Assembly: GCA_951406725.2 (NCBI GenBank)
Contig: OX597835.1
Coordinates: 16,244,001-16,308,000 of the forward strand
Reading direction: 5' to 3'
DNA from: Octopus vulgaris
Taxonomy: Eukaryota
DNA: 64,000 nt
Each line of letters opens with the position of its first letter. Position 1 is the first letter of the stretch. Under the pieces are notes generated by a model, which searched no databases, was not told the origin of the DNA, and saw nothing but the letters and a program-made list of their open reading frames with translations. The position numbers were made by a program, and so were the translations under genes. Below, piece after piece: positions 12,518 through 26,663 of the stretch.

Positions 12518-12565
12518 AAGATCAAATAAACTGTGTGTGTTTAAGTTGAAAGATGACCGTCCCAG

Positions 12566-12735
12566 GAGCAGGAGTGGCTGTGTGGTAAGTAGCTTGCTAA
12601 CCAACTACATGGTTCCAGGTTCAGTCCCACTGCGTGGCATCTTGGGCAAGTGTCTTCTGCTATAGCCCCGGGCCGACCAAAGCCTTGTGAGTGGATTTGG
12701 TAGACGGAAACTGAAAGAAGCCTGTCGTATATATG

Positions 12736-12794
<59 letters not shown>

Positions 12795-12990
12795 CTGTGT
12801 TTGTCCCTTTAGCATTGCTTGACAACCGATGCAGGTGTGTTTACGTCCCCGCTACTTAGTGATTCGGCAAAAGAGACCGATAGAATAAGTACTGGGCTTA
12901 CGAAGAATAAGTCCCGGGGTCGATTTGCTCGACTAAAGGCAGTGCTCCAGCATGGCCGCAGTCAAATGACTGAAACAAGTAAAAAGAGTA
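12566..12990 (+). mobile_element. SINE family B, full length
   Basis: Matches the 9939 copy. Confidence 0.92.
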
Positions 12991-13264
12991 TCCCTAAAAA
13001 TAAAAATATCTGTTCCAACACAAGATTTCACATCAAGAATCTTGCAAAGCAATTAAATGTGTATAACATATACATCTTCTACAAAAATTAATGAGCAATC
13101 CTTCACTTTAGTCTCTTGTCTTTCATTTACTTGTTTTAGTCATTAGACTGCAGCCATGCTGGAGCACCACCTCGAATCTTTAGTCAAATGACTTGACCCC
13201 AGTGCTTATTCAATCAGTTCCTTTCGCCGGTCAAATTTTTCATTGCAACTCAACATAAAAACAA

Positions 13265-13525
13265 ACAGAGCATGGGCTGCGGGGTCACTCCGAAAAGCTC
13301 TATCTACGACGATTTCATCTTAATCGAAGGAGAGGAGCTTTCTTCGTCCAGGTTGCATTTCCGTGGAATAAGCTGCCATACAAGATAGTGAAGATGCCGA
13401 CGACCACTCGGTTCAAAGTCTCTCTTGACCAGAAATGGCCTGAACTCTGTGTATGAACACCCTCCCTGTACATAACTCCATGTCTCCCTACATGGCCTTA
13501 CTTTTGCTTTTTGAGCCCCCCAAAA
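13265..13525 (+). mobile_element. CR1-clade LINE 3' end
   Basis: LRGHSEKLYLRRFHLNRRRGAFFVQVAFPWNKLPYKIVKMPTTTRFKVSLDQKW. Confidence 0.85.
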
Positions 13526-13956
13526 ATTAAATTAAATTAAATTTATCTCTCTCTCACTCTCTTACGAACACACACTTGCTTGTATGTTTACACACTGTGC
13601 CGAGCTGAATAACAGACGGTGTTGGCTGTTGACATTTCCTAGTCAACAGCCTGGTATCTCTGCACTTTCAAAGATGCGTGGAATGAAAACTTCCTTGAAA
13701 AACAGGAAAAGGTGAGGATCAGGAAGGGGCCAATCAGCTGTAAGACAACGCCTCAACATGATCCATCTTATACTTTCCAGCATGGAGAAAACAGATATGA
13801 AATAAATGAAGAAATGACATTGTAGGATGGGTGCGAGAGGCTGAATGTGGCTGGTTTGAATGTAAAACAGATAGGATATCTGGGCTGGCAATGGCTGGTT
13901 TAACCCCTTTAGCATTCAGCTTCTTCTGTCAAATGTAATGCTTATTTATTTATATT

Positions 13957-14334
13957 CATCATCATCATCATCATTTAGCATCCGCTTTCCATGCTAGCAT
14001 GGGTTGGACGGTTCAGCTGGGGTCTGGGAAGCCAGAAGGCTGCACCAGGCCCAGTCTGATCTGGCAGTGTTTCTACGGCTGGATGCCCTTCCTAACGCCA
14101 ACCACTCCGTGAGTGTAGTGGGTGCTTTTTACGTGCCAGACGGGGCTGGCAAACGGCCACGGTCGGATGGTGCTTTTTACGTGCCACCGGCACAGGGGCC
14201 AGGTGTGGCTGGCAACGGCCACGATTGGATGGTGCTTTTTACGTGCCACCTGCACGGAGGCCCGTCGGGGCGGCGCTGGCAACGGCCATGATCGGATTGT
14301 GCTTTTTACGTGCCACCGACACTGGTATCACAGC
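13957..14334 (-). mobile_element. Family A (RTE-type 3' UTR) inserted in a MITE
   Basis: (CAT)n start; MITE sequence resumes immediately after (ttttgaattaatcatgc). Confidence 0.8.
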
Positions 14335-14889
14335 TTTTGAATTAATCATGCATTATCTCATGGCTTCAAGATTTCAACAGCGTAATTGTTTATTCTTATG
14401 ATGACATTGTAGGATAGGCGTAAGAAGCTGGATACGACCAGTTTAAACATAAAACAGATAGAATATCTGGGCTGGGAAATGGCTGGTTTAACCCTTTAAC
14501 ATTCAGATTACTCTGTCGAATGTAATGCTAATTAATTCACACTGTTTTGAATTAATCCTGCATTATCTTGTAGCTTTGGGATTATCATGTAGCTTTAATG
14601 ATGGAATTGTTTAGTTTTGAATGACAGTGAAGGGCAGATGCTGAATCTGGCTGACTTAAACATAAAACAAGTAGAATATTTAACCTGGATACGGCTGTCT
14701 TAACCCTTTGGCATTCACATTTCTTTATCAAATGTAAGGCTTAAATAATTCATATTGTTTTGAATTAATCATGCATTGTCTTGTTGCTTTGAAATTTGAT
14801 ATCGTTTATCTTTTACTGGTTTCAGTCATTGTACTGCAGCCATGCCGGGCACAGCCTTGAAGGATTTTTAGTTGAATGCCATTCTTTCT

Positions 14890-15283
14890 CTTCTTTTATT
14901 TGTTTCAGTCATTTCACTGTGGCCATGCTGGAGCACCGCCTTTAGTCGAGCACATCGACCCCAGGACTTATTCTTTGTAAGCCTAGCACTTATTCTATCA
15001 GTCTCTCTTGCTGAACCACTAAGTTACGGGGACGTAAACACACCAGCATCGGTTGTCAAGCGATGTTGGGGAGACAAACACAGACACACAAACATACACA
15101 CACACACACATATATATATGATGGGCTTCCTTCAGTTTCCGGCTACCAAATCCACTCACAAGGCTTTGGTCGGCCTGAGGCTATAGTAGAAGACACTTGC
15201 CCAAGGTGCCACACAGTGGGACTGAACCTGGAACCATGTGGTTGGTAAGCAAGCTACTTACCACACAGCCACTCCTGCACCTA
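14890..15283 (-). mobile_element. SINE family B, full length
   Basis: Reverse complement of the 9939 copy. Confidence 0.9.
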
Positions 15284-15854
15284 TATTGACCCCCAGCACT
15301 TTTCTTTTAAAGCCTGATACTTATTCTGTCAATCTCTTTTGCTAACCTGCTAAGTTAAAGGGACGTAAACACACCAATAGTCGGGCGAAGCTGGGGACAA
15401 ACAGAAACACACACACACTATGGGCTTCCATTTACCAAATCCACTCACTAGGCTTTGTTCAGCATGCGGCTATAGCAGGTGCCACACAGTGGGACTGAAC
15501 TCCGAGTCATTTGGTTGGGAAGCAAGCTTCTTACCACACAGCCATGCCTGTGCCTATGTGACCCTTTTTATTTTCAGAATAACATTGTAGGGTAGGTACA
15601 AAAGGCTGAATCTGGCCGGTTCAAATGTAAAACATGTAAAATATTTCGGCTGGATATGGCCAGTTTAAATGCTAAAAGGTTAAAGACATTCCACCAATGA
15701 CCATCTGGATTTTTAGGAGTATGAAGGTTACATTATCCAGTGTGTACTCTTATAAGATGGTAGATGTAATTTCAGACAAATTTGGTTGTTATTTCTAGTA
15801 AGCTGACTAACCATGTGCAAAATTCCAGCTTGACTAGCAGAAGCAGTTGTATTG

Positions 15855-16375
15855 GTAGTAGTAGTATGTGGTGGTTGTTGTAGTAATATTGTGGCAGTGG
15901 AGGTCATAGTATGTACTGGTGGTGGTAGTCATGTTAGTTGTATATGGTGTAGTAGTAGTAGTAGTAGTAGTATGTGGTGGTGGTTGTAGTAACATTGTGG
16001 TAGTGGTGGCAGTGGAGGTCATAGCATGTACTGGTGGTGGTAGTCATGTTAGTTGTATATGGAGTAGTAGTAGTAGTAGTATGTGGTGGTGGTTGTAGTA
16101 ATATTGTGGTAGTGGTAGCAGTGGAGGTCATAGCATGCACTGGTGGTGGTACTCATGTTAGTTGTATATGGTGTAGTACTAGTAGTGGTAGTATGTGGTG
16201 GTGGTTGTAGTAATATTGTGGTAGTGGTGGCAGTGGAGGTCATAGCATGTACTGGTGGTGGTAGACGTGTTAGTTGTATATGGTGTAGTAATATTGTGGT
16301 AGTGGTGGCAGTGGAGGTCATAGCATATACTGGTGGTGGTAGTCGTGTTAGTTGTATATGGTGTAGTAGTAGAAG
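15855..16375. repeat. Higher-order minisatellite (~110-bp unit built from GTA/GGT triplets)
   Basis: gtggaggtcatag recurs at ~15897, 16012, 16121, 16233 and 16311. Confidence 0.9.
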
Positions 16376-16521
16376 TATTTAGTGGTGGTGGTCACTATCA
16401 TAATAATAGCAGTATTAGTATGCAGTGGTTGAAGTAGAATAGTGGTGGTGGAGGTGGTTGTAGGAATAGTTTTGTGATGATGATGATTGTAGTAGTAGTA
16501 GTAGTAGTAGTAGTAGTAATT

Positions 16522-16571
<50 letters not shown>

Positions 16572-16599
16572 CTGCAGTGAATGAAGTAAACAAACATTA

Positions 16600-17050
16600 T
16601 TATGATGAAAGCTAATGATGGCTTCGCGTGTGGTTAATGAATTGACAATTAGCAAGATGGGCGGGGCGGGGCGGGGGTGGAGCTAGGGTGGTCTGAACAC
16701 CGAACAACCAGGCAGGCAGCTAGCTGGGATCGAACCCGACCCTACAGCTACACACCTATCCAACCATCCACTAAATATAACTGGTTTCATATTATAAGAC
16801 TAGTCGCTCTAGTAGTATAGTCAGCTGGTATAGTGGTGGTGGTGGTGGTAGTGTTAGTAGCAATAGTATTAATGAGAGTGGTGGTGGTGGAGGTGGTTTT
16901 ATATATAATTCTAACGACAGGTGAGGCCAGTCAATAAATTTTGACTTTGCGCGCGTGTGTATGTCAGGAAGTGTGCGTGTATGCACGCACGTGAACATGT
17001 AGCATATGAATGTAGCAGTGTAGGTTTGTGTTGATATGTTAAATTGAGTG

Positions 17051-17088
<38 letters not shown>

Positions 17089-17640
17089 AGTAAGTGTATG
17101 TGTCTGTACGTGCGCGAGTGTGTTACTGTGTGCGTATGTGTGTGTTAGCAAGTGATGCTAAGAGAGGAGAAAGTGTGTGTGTGTGTATGTGCTTGGTATG
17201 TTGATTTGTGAGTGAGAGTGCAGCTGAGCGAGCGAGCGAGCGAGTGAGTGAGTGCGTGTGAGTGCGTGTGTGTGTTGGTATGTTGTCGACGAGTGAGAGT
17301 GCAGCTGAGTATGTATGTAATTTTGGCAGCAATGATATTTAGAGGCCAAACAAGGTAGGTATTCTTGCTGTGTGTATCAGCAAAACCCCCATCCTTCCAC
17401 CTTTCCTCAATAAACCACCAACACAACCCCGACAACATCGCCCAGCCCGCAGTTTCGCTCTCCCTCCCTCTCTCCATTTCCCTCCCCACTCGCTGTGGGT
17501 TTCATTCGAACCCTTCACCCATTAAGCTCTCACATATGGCTGGCTACAAAGAGCTAGACCACACTGTAAGCTATCACGATTGCTCATTAAAATAATACTA
17601 TTTATACGGTTGATGCTACCGAACACATCATACACATGTA
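16600..17640. promoter_or_regulatory. CpG-richer, transposon-free island; candidate promoter or enhancer
   Basis: gggcggggcggggcgggggtgg (tandem GC boxes, G4-capable) at 16658-16680; duplicated gagtgagagtgcagctgag; (GAGC)n; retained CpGs. Confidence 0.4.
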
Positions 17641-17731
17641 CTAGAACTCGAGGAGAGAGAGAGAGAGAGAGAGAGAGAGTATGATCTTGAGGAATAACGG
17701 ATATCCTACATAATTAGCAATGTTAATCAAT

Positions 17732-17776
<45 letters not shown>

Positions 17777-17841
17777 TATGTTGGTGCAAACAGGAAAAAC
17801 AGAATCCAAAATATGAGTATATATATGTATGTTTTTTATTA

Positions 17842-17930
17842 ATATTTAGCAGATACAACTGAGTGATTCAAGGTCCGAGAACGCACGAAACTCTCGGACC
17901 TTGAGTCACTCTGTTGCTTCTGCTAAATAT
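17842..17930. repeat. Fold-back element
   Basis: atatttagcaga..gagtga.tcaaggtccgaga / tctcggaccttgagtcactc..tctgctaaatat, with cgaaac in the loop. Confidence 0.85.
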
Positions 17931-18559
17931 ATATATATATATATATATATATAACATGTGTGTGAGCGTGTGTATCTGTCTCGCCACCTTATGGCAACCG
18001 GTGCTGGTTTGTTAGCGTCTCGTAACATTAGCGGGTTCGGCAAAAAGTATCGACGAAATAAGTATCAAATTTTGGAAAAGAAAAAAAAAAAAGAAAAGAA
18101 AAGAAAAATGTACTGGAATCGATTTAATCGACTATGTCCTTCAAAGCGGTTACTCCAGCATGGCCGCGGCCGAACTAGTGAAACCACTACAAGTGTGTAT
18201 AGATAGATAGACAGATAGATAGACAGACAGCGTTTGTGTACGTATATACGTGTGATTCTTCAGACCCAGGTCAGTCCAATTGAGCAGGTTTACAAGCAGA
18301 AGTAATCCAATTGTGACCGTCCCTTCTATTTTTAGCCTCTCTGATGAGTCCTCTCCTTAATTCAAACGACGGCGGGATGTGGCTGCTGTTTCTAGCGTAT
18401 CGAGCGATCACGTTAGGGCCACCCTTGGCTCCGTGCGCGTTTGTTGGTATATACATACATTCACATACAAATGTGTGTGTGTGTAATGGACTGATAGATT
18501 AAGAGACTAGCAGAAAGTTTTTGAGAAGAGAGTCGTCTAGATGTTTAAAGTGTTAAACA

Positions 18560-19000
18560 GTTGAGATGATGATGATGGTGATAGTGACGATGATGATGGT
18601 GGTGACGGCGCTACTGATGATGATAATGATAGTGGTGATGATGATGATGTTGAATAGAATGATAATGAAGATAGTAATGGTGATGATGATGGTGGTGGTG
18701 GTGACGATGATGATCGTAGAAATGGTGATGATGATGATGATGGTGGTGGTGACGGCGCTACTGATGATCATGATAGTGATGATGATGGTGGTGGTGGTGG
18801 TGACGGCGCTACTGATGATGATAATGATAGTGGTGATGATGATGATGTTGAATAGGATGATAATGAAGATAGTAATGGTGATGATGATGATGATAGTGAC
18901 GATGGTGGTGGTAATGATGCTGCTGCTGATGATGATAATAATGATGATGAAGATGATCAAGACAGTTATGATAATGGAAACGATGATGATGATGATGGTG
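18560..19000. repeat. (GAT)/(GGT) compound microsatellite with internal duplication
   Basis: gtgacggcgctactgatgat occurs three times. Confidence 0.9.
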
Positions 19001-19319
19001 TAGGAAGAGTGAGAAGTAGATGAGAAAAGCAGGGACGACGGGAAGAGGAAAGGGTGGTTGATAGTCACGAGAGTTGCAATAGTTGGAAGAGGCAGCAGTG
19101 CGGTGGGAGGAGGAGAAGAAGAAGAAGAAGACGAAGGAGGAGTAGGAGTAGGAGGAGGGCAGGCAGGTGTGTGTGTGTATGTAATAATTGCAAGGTGAAG
19201 GGGAGGTGACAGCAGGTTTATTGATCAAAGCCGACCACCAGCTTCCCGAACGTCCTCTAATAGATATTATACAAGTAGAAAGGATGCTGGCCATCACTGT
19301 CTATTAAAGATATAGAGCC

Positions 19320-19352
<33 letters not shown>

Positions 19353-19605
19353 AAATTAATTGAGAATATACACCTATGCAGAAATAAAAACCTGTATATT
19401 TATCCCACATTAACCTTTATGTATATACATTATATATATATAAATAAATGGCGGTGCCCCAGCATGGCCACAACTCATGAGCTGAAACTATCAAAATCAT
19501 ATATATATATATATATATATACTCATACACACGCATACATACACTCATATATATACATAGGTAAATGATGCGTGTGTAGAATATAATGTATACGGGCCGA
19601 TACAA

Positions 19606-19647
<42 letters not shown>

Positions 19648-19811
19648 GGTAGAAATGAAGATATTTAAGGAGATACTTTCAAGGAGAAAGAATCTTGCTC
19701 AAAGTAGGAATGAATGAAAATGGTCCAATGGAAGGTGTGTATAAGGTGTACATACTCATATACCTACTTGTATGAGTGTATGTATGTATGTGTATACACA
19801 CACACACACAA

Positions 19812-19912
<101 letters not shown>

Positions 19913-20674
19913 ACATATATATGTGTTTGTGTGTATATATACATATATATATATACATACATATATACACACACATATAGGGCACGTTATAATCATGTAC
20001 ATACCTGCGCACACCCACACGTTTCTATACACACACCAATATATACACATACATACACATGCGCGCGCGCACACTTACAAAATATGTGTATAGGTTTATA
20101 CGCAATATAGTCACCTGGATAGAAAAAGTAGACATTCGTTATATATATATATATATACACACGCACGCGTACATTCTCAGACTTGTGTACACATACCAAA
20201 TAGGTGTATGTATATTTACGTCTATGTGTATACACATATATGTATTTATAGCGTATGTATACATACACATTTACTGTAAATATATACACGTAAACGTACT
20301 CATATCTGTGTGTACTTACGTGTATGTATGTTTATATAATGTGTGTTAATTTAAATATACGCATATGTCAAAATTGTGCTAGTATATAGGTGTAGTACAT
20401 AGATGCATAGGCAGGTGCACATATTTGTAATAACATGTGTGAGTATATAACGTGTGTTCAGACACGGAATGCAAACAGACTCACGAAACCATATAAGCAA
20501 ACAGACACACAATCTACACACAGTCTACACACATATACACACATGCAAAGTTGCCCAGCAAGGTATCGCGTGTTGTTTAGCTTAATTATACACATGTCAA
20601 AAATATATCCTGGTATGTAAGATAGATACGTGTGTATATTTCGCAAACATGTGCCCCATTATATGTGAATATAT

Positions 20675-20705
<31 letters not shown>

Positions 20706-20794
20706 GGTGTGTATGTGTGCACAAAGTTGTCCAGCAAGGGAATGCGTGTGTGTGTGTGTATTGAATTGACACTAGAAGAAATAGGTAAATTTTA

Positions 20795-21276
20795 CTTGCG
20801 CTTGATGAGAAAGGTGCGGCTTATTTCTAGCCAAACAGGCTCGGATTGTGCATCTATCTCGCACGGTGGTGCACTTGTACTGTGTATGCGTGTGTATGTA
20901 TGTGTGTATGTGTGTGTGTAGGTGTCGTCAGAGATGCACAGCACCAACTTGCACCATTTATTTAACTGACCAGAAAGACAGGTCAATCATACGGAGCAGC
21001 AAGCACAATTATGATGGTCAGACAGACAGAGAGAAGCAAGCAAGCAAGGCAACGGGCTCTCTCTTTTCTTGTTCGATTCTTCGCCTTCTTCGATGTCTTC
21101 AGACCGATAAATATTGGATCTTCGACAGGAAGGTATAAGTCCTGTCGGTTTGGTTGGCATCGAGGTTAGACATATATAAAGTTCTACGGAACCGAACGAA
21201 GAATAATATCCGACGTAGAAGACAGAGGTGATACAGGTTGGAAGTTTGTGTAGCCAATATCAATGGCATTAACGTT
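20795..21276 (-). other. Candidate non-coding or UTR exon
   Basis: Minus-strand acceptor ctctctctttcacttacgtcag at 21277-21298; unique CpG-rich sequence; only short ORFs; 3' boundary uncertain; the same site also reads as a plus-strand gtaagt donor. Confidence 0.35.
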
Positions 21277-21334
21277 CTGACGTAAGTGAAAGAGAGAGAC
21301 TGGTCAAGACTTTACACACGGAGACATTATATAG

Positions 21335-21476
21335 ACATATACACACACACACACACACATATATATATACACATACATACATACACATACACATATATAT
21401 ATATATATATTCATACATACACACACACATATATATATATATATATACACACATACACACACACATATATATATAT

Positions 21477-21533
<57 letters not shown>

Positions 21534-21741
21534 TACATACACACACACACATATATATATATATACATATATATATACATACACACATACACACACACAT
21601 ATATATATATATACATATATATATACATACATACACACACACATAACATATATATACATATATATATATACATACATATATATATATATACATATATATA
21701 TACATATATACACATATATATATATATATATACATATATAT

Positions 21742-21788
<47 letters not shown>

Positions 21789-21809
21789 TACACACACACA
21801 CACACACAT

Positions 21810-21892
<83 letters not shown>

Positions 21893-21901
21893 TACATACA
21901 C

Positions 21902-21952
<51 letters not shown>

Positions 21953-22045
21953 CATACATACACACACACATATATATATATATATATACATACACACACA
22001 CACATATATATATATACATACACACACATATATATATATATATAT

Positions 22046-22094
<49 letters not shown>

Positions 22095-22095
22095 T

Positions 22096-22126
<31 letters not shown>

Positions 22127-22385
22127 CATACATACACACACACATATATATATATATACATATATATATACATACATACACACATATATATATATATACA
22201 TACATACACATATATATACATACATACACACACACATATATACATACATACACACACACATATATATATACATACATACACACACACATATATATATACA
22301 TACATACACACACACATATATATACATACATACACACACATATATATATATACATACACACACACACATATATATATATATACAT

Positions 22386-22438
<53 letters not shown>

Positions 22439-22867
22439 CATACACACACATATATATATATACATACATACATCATACACACACACACATATATATATAT
22501 ATACATACATACATACACACACATATATATATATACATACATCATACACACACACATATATATATATATATACATATACATACACACACACACATATATA
22601 TATATACATATACACACACACACACATATATATATACATACATACACACACACACACATATATATATACATACATACACACACACATATATATATATACA
22701 TACATACATACACACACACATATATATATACATACATACATACACACACACATATATATATACATACATACACACACACACACATATATATATACATACA
22801 TACACACACACATATATATATATATACATACATACACACATATATATATATATACACATACATACAT

Positions 22868-22906
<39 letters not shown>

Positions 22907-22975
22907 CATACATACATACACACACACACATATATATATATATACATACACACATAAATGTATATATACATACAT
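21335..22975. repeat. ~1.6-kb compound (CA)/(TA)/(TACA) microsatellite
   Basis: Direct inspection; explains the 568-585 aa pseudo-ORFs. Confidence 0.97.
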
Positions 22976-24009
22976 CCATACAGACAGACAGACACATACC
23001 TACACACATTCATATACTGTTATGTTGTTTAGTCCGAAGTTAACCCTGATTTTGGAAGCCCTGTGATCAAATGCTTTCTAGCCGTGGCCATCCCCTACTT
23101 TGGTACATCAGGGATCACCAAATCCAATATACCCCCTCACTTTATCTAAGTGGGCATGTTGTGATTTGAGGGACATTTGGCTGCTATTTGCGGAGGATCC
23201 CTTGTCTGGTGTATGTGAGAGTGTATATATATATCAGTTGAGATATATGAAACGGTAGATATAGTAAAAAGTGATTCTTGCTTTATAGTGAACAATAATA
23301 CAACCTTGTGTTTGTTTTATTTTGGTAAATATCAAGTGTCACTAAACCAAAACAGTTAGTTTGCAACCAGTTTTGGGTGTTTGGTCAAACAGTCCTAATT
23401 AAACAAGCACTTGTAATTGGGTGTTAATTAAGATTTAGCCATGGGACCCACATCAAAGTAAACAACTTGAGTTTAAAAAGAAAGTAGGTGGTCCTTTATG
23501 GAGATGTTATTGCAGTGTTATGGAGATGTGATTGATGTGTTGTTGGTTAGATGAACTGACTTGAAGAATAAGGTGGAAGGATTTCTGTCAAGAACAATCT
23601 ATTCAGCCTGGGTCCACTTTTGAAGAAAAACCCAAAGTAAAATTCAAAAAACGTAGAGAAAAAAGAACCATTGAAGCCGGCCAGGGTTCTCCATTTGTGT
23701 TATGTCCTTTTCTTGCGTTTGAAACGTAAAAAATAAGCCAAGTCAATCGACGGAAAGCAATAAATAAACGACGTGTGAAGAACGAAAATGAAAATAAACA
23801 AACGGCAGGACTGAGACGAAGGATGAGACGAGAGATGGGTGGCCCGAAAACTGGGTCCGATTTAATAGATAAATGAATAGTAAATTGGACCCCGAGTTTG
23901 TAACCGCTTTCTGTTAAGTCTGGCTTGGGAGAAAACAACAGTTTAGACGTAATGACAGCATTGAAGAAGTGCATAAATGGCAAAAAAGTGTAAAAAGGCG
24001 AAGACTTAC

Positions 24010-24165
24010 GAGTCGATATAAGAGAAAACGCCACGAAATCTACCTTTTGGACTGTTTTTTCCTATGTATCTTCCCTCCGAAAATATTTTCTAAGTTCGTA
24101 GAGCTTCGCCATCTTGGGTCGGCCAACGTAAAGTGTTGGATTTCACCGAGCATGGCCATATAACG
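24010..24165 (-). promoter_or_regulatory. Candidate TSS and first exon of a minus-strand transcript
   Basis: Minus strand reads ccCAAGATGGCGaag (YY1-type motif, 24107-24116) and later CTC|gtaagt donor at 24009, within a CpG-richer island (23600-24170); the ATG frame stops after 16 codons. Confidence 0.55.
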
Positions 24166-24219
24166 TGGGAGGAGGAGAGATACGAGGGTTGAGAGAGAGA
24201 GAAAAAAAAGATAGGCAAG

Positions 24220-24445
24220 GAATTAAGAGAGAGGGGGAAAGAATTGAAAGAGAGAGTTAACAACAGACAGGGAGTTAAGAGAGAGGGAAGAATTGAAAGA
24301 GAGTTACAAACAGACAGGGAGTTAAGAGAGAGGGAAGAATTGAAAGGGAGTTAAAAACAGACAGGGAGTTAAGAGAGAGGGAAGAATTGAAATGGAGTTA
24401 AAAACAGACAGGGAGTTAAGAGAGAGGGAAGAATTGAATAAGAGT
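24220..24445. repeat. 47-bp minisatellite within a ~1.9-kb purine-rich (GA) tract
   Basis: acagacaggg at 24263, 24310, 24357 and 24404. Confidence 0.9.
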
Positions 24446-25653
24446 TGAAGAATAGAGAGAGGTACAGAGGGAGAGGGCTGAGAGAAAGGAAGAAAAATTG
24501 AAAGAGAGTAAAAGACGGACGGAATGGGGGCAGAGAGAGGAGAAAGAATCGAATAAGAGTAAAGGAAAAGAGAGGGAATGTGAGAGTGTAAAAGACAGAG
24601 AAAGGTAAGAACTGAAAGAGAGTAAAAGCCAGATATATAGATAGATAGATACAGAGAGAGAGATAGAGAGAGAGAGAGAGATGAAAGAATTGAGGAAGAG
24701 AGAAGCCGAGATGAAGAAATGATGAAGTAAGAATTAGAAAAGCAGTATTGTGAGAGAGAGAAGAAAATGTGAACGCGGTGAAGGGGAGGCCTACAGACTA
24801 AGAGAGAGGGAAGAAAACAAACATATACATGAAATAGAAAGACTGTTTTGAGAGAGAGAGAGAGAGAAAGAGGGAGCGAGAGAAGTAAATATAAAGAGAC
24901 AGAGAAGCAATTAATAGAGAGATAAAGTAAGAGGGTATTATGAAGTAGAAAGACTATGAATTAAGAAAGAGGGAGGTAGGAGGAAAACCCAAAATAGAAA
25001 GAGAATATAGAGAGAGGGAGAAAGAGAGAGAGCAATTAAGGATGCAGTAACAGACGAGAGAGGGGAATATAGTGTTTGTTAAAGAGGTGGAAAAGGAGAG
25101 TTACAGGCAATGAATGAAAGAGAGGGAGTCTGTTAGGAAGGGAGAGAGAGAGAGAGAGAGAGTAAAAACGAACTGTGCTTAATAATTGTTGATTGGAGAA
25201 GGTAAACTGAATAGGAGAGAGGGATAGAAAGGGAGAAAGAGAGATTTAGTTAGAGAGATAGAAGGAGAGATATAGTTAGAGAGATAGAAGGAGAGAGAGA
25301 GAGAGAATGTCGACAACCCTTGTTTTACTATAGAGTGGGCGGAACTGGGGGGGTGACTGGAATAATATATGAGAGAGAGAGAGAGGAAGCAATTAGAGTA
25401 AATATAGAAAGTTAAAGAAATAGAGAAAGGAAATAACTCACATGTGTGTGTGTGTGTGTGTGATAAAAGATAGAGAGAGAGGTAGAGAGCGAGCGGGAAG
25501 GATAGAAAGAGCATGTCCTGAGTAATATAGGATGGCAGAGAGAGATAATGAGGGGAGGATAAAAACGAAAGAGAAAAAGAATAAATATAAGAAAGAAAAG
25601 AAAAGAAATATACATATACATACACATTATATATATATATGTGTGTGTGTGTG

Positions 25654-25684
<31 letters not shown>

Positions 25685-25752
25685 ATAGTGAGAGAGAGAG
25701 AGGAAGAGAAGAAGAGACAGATAGATAGAGGGAGGAGATGAAAGATTACATG

Positions 25753-25787
<35 letters not shown>

Positions 25788-26533
25788 GAGAAAAAGAGAC
25801 AGATAGATATAGGGTGGGGATGAAAGATTACATGATACAGAGAGAGAGAGAGAGGAAGAGAAAAAGAGACAGATAGATATAGGGAGTGGATGAAAGATTA
25901 CGTGATACAGAGACAGAGAGAGAGAGAGAGCGCAATATGTAAATGAAGAGAGAGACTTGGCAGAGGGTCTGGTGGGTGTGGCTTAAAACCTAAACATGAC
26001 ATTCACTAACAGTTGTTTTAGAGAGAGAGATAGACAGAGAGACAGAGAGAGAGACAGAGAGAGGGAGTGGAGACAGCTGCTATTGCTGCTGCTGCTGCTA
26101 ATTTTGCTTTTGGTGCAACTGATGGTGCTGGTGGTGGTGTTACTATATTTATGACAGCAGTAGAATTACAGCAGTGTCTGCTGCTGTTGTTAGTAGATTT
26201 ATTACAGCAGCGGACTAACAGTAGTAGTAGCAGCAGCAGCCTCATCTCACACACTCTCTCTCCCTCTCATCACTTGCAACGTTGATAAATTATCATCATC
26301 ATTATTATTTCACTGCCATACTACTACTATTACTACTACTACTACTACTACTACTACTATTACTACTACTGCTACTACTACGACTACTACTACTAGTTAT
26401 TTGTACACATACTGGTTTTGTTTGTTTAATAGTAAAAAAAACATAAAAGCACTTAAACAGTTTTGTATTACAAGTGTGTAGTTATCATAAATGCATCCAT
26501 ATATATATACATACATATATATATATACATACA

Positions 26534-26663
<130 letters not shown>

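Larger units (their letters stand above)
13812..15683 (+). mobile_element. Head-to-tail chain of four family F MITE units, interrupted by family A and SINE B insertions
   Basis: Junctions ..ttaa|ccc(c)ttt at ~13903, ~14492 and ~14704; single terminal ttaaatgctaaaaggttaa ending at 15683. Confidence 0.75.

Noticed and set aside
15855-16375. CRISPR-like or mucin-like periodic array (also considered for 61305-61555)
   Set aside because: No unique spacers, eukaryotic context, reading frames interrupted; ordinary minisatellites
16700-16790. tRNA or vault-like Pol III gene around a B-box on the minus strand
   Set aside because: No cloverleaf, convincing A box or oligo-T terminator
18341-18380. CTGATGAG hammerhead start
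   Set aside because: No downstream GAAA or stems; lies in an old interspersed repeat
21269-23043. 568-585 aa ORFs and the many similar Y/I/H/T/C/V-rich ORFs
   Set aside because: Translations of (TA)/(CA) microsatellites, which lack stop codons in several frames
23603-24034. 143-aa minus-strand ORF
   Set aside because: Non-ATG start, runs through a consensus splice donor, no recognisable domain
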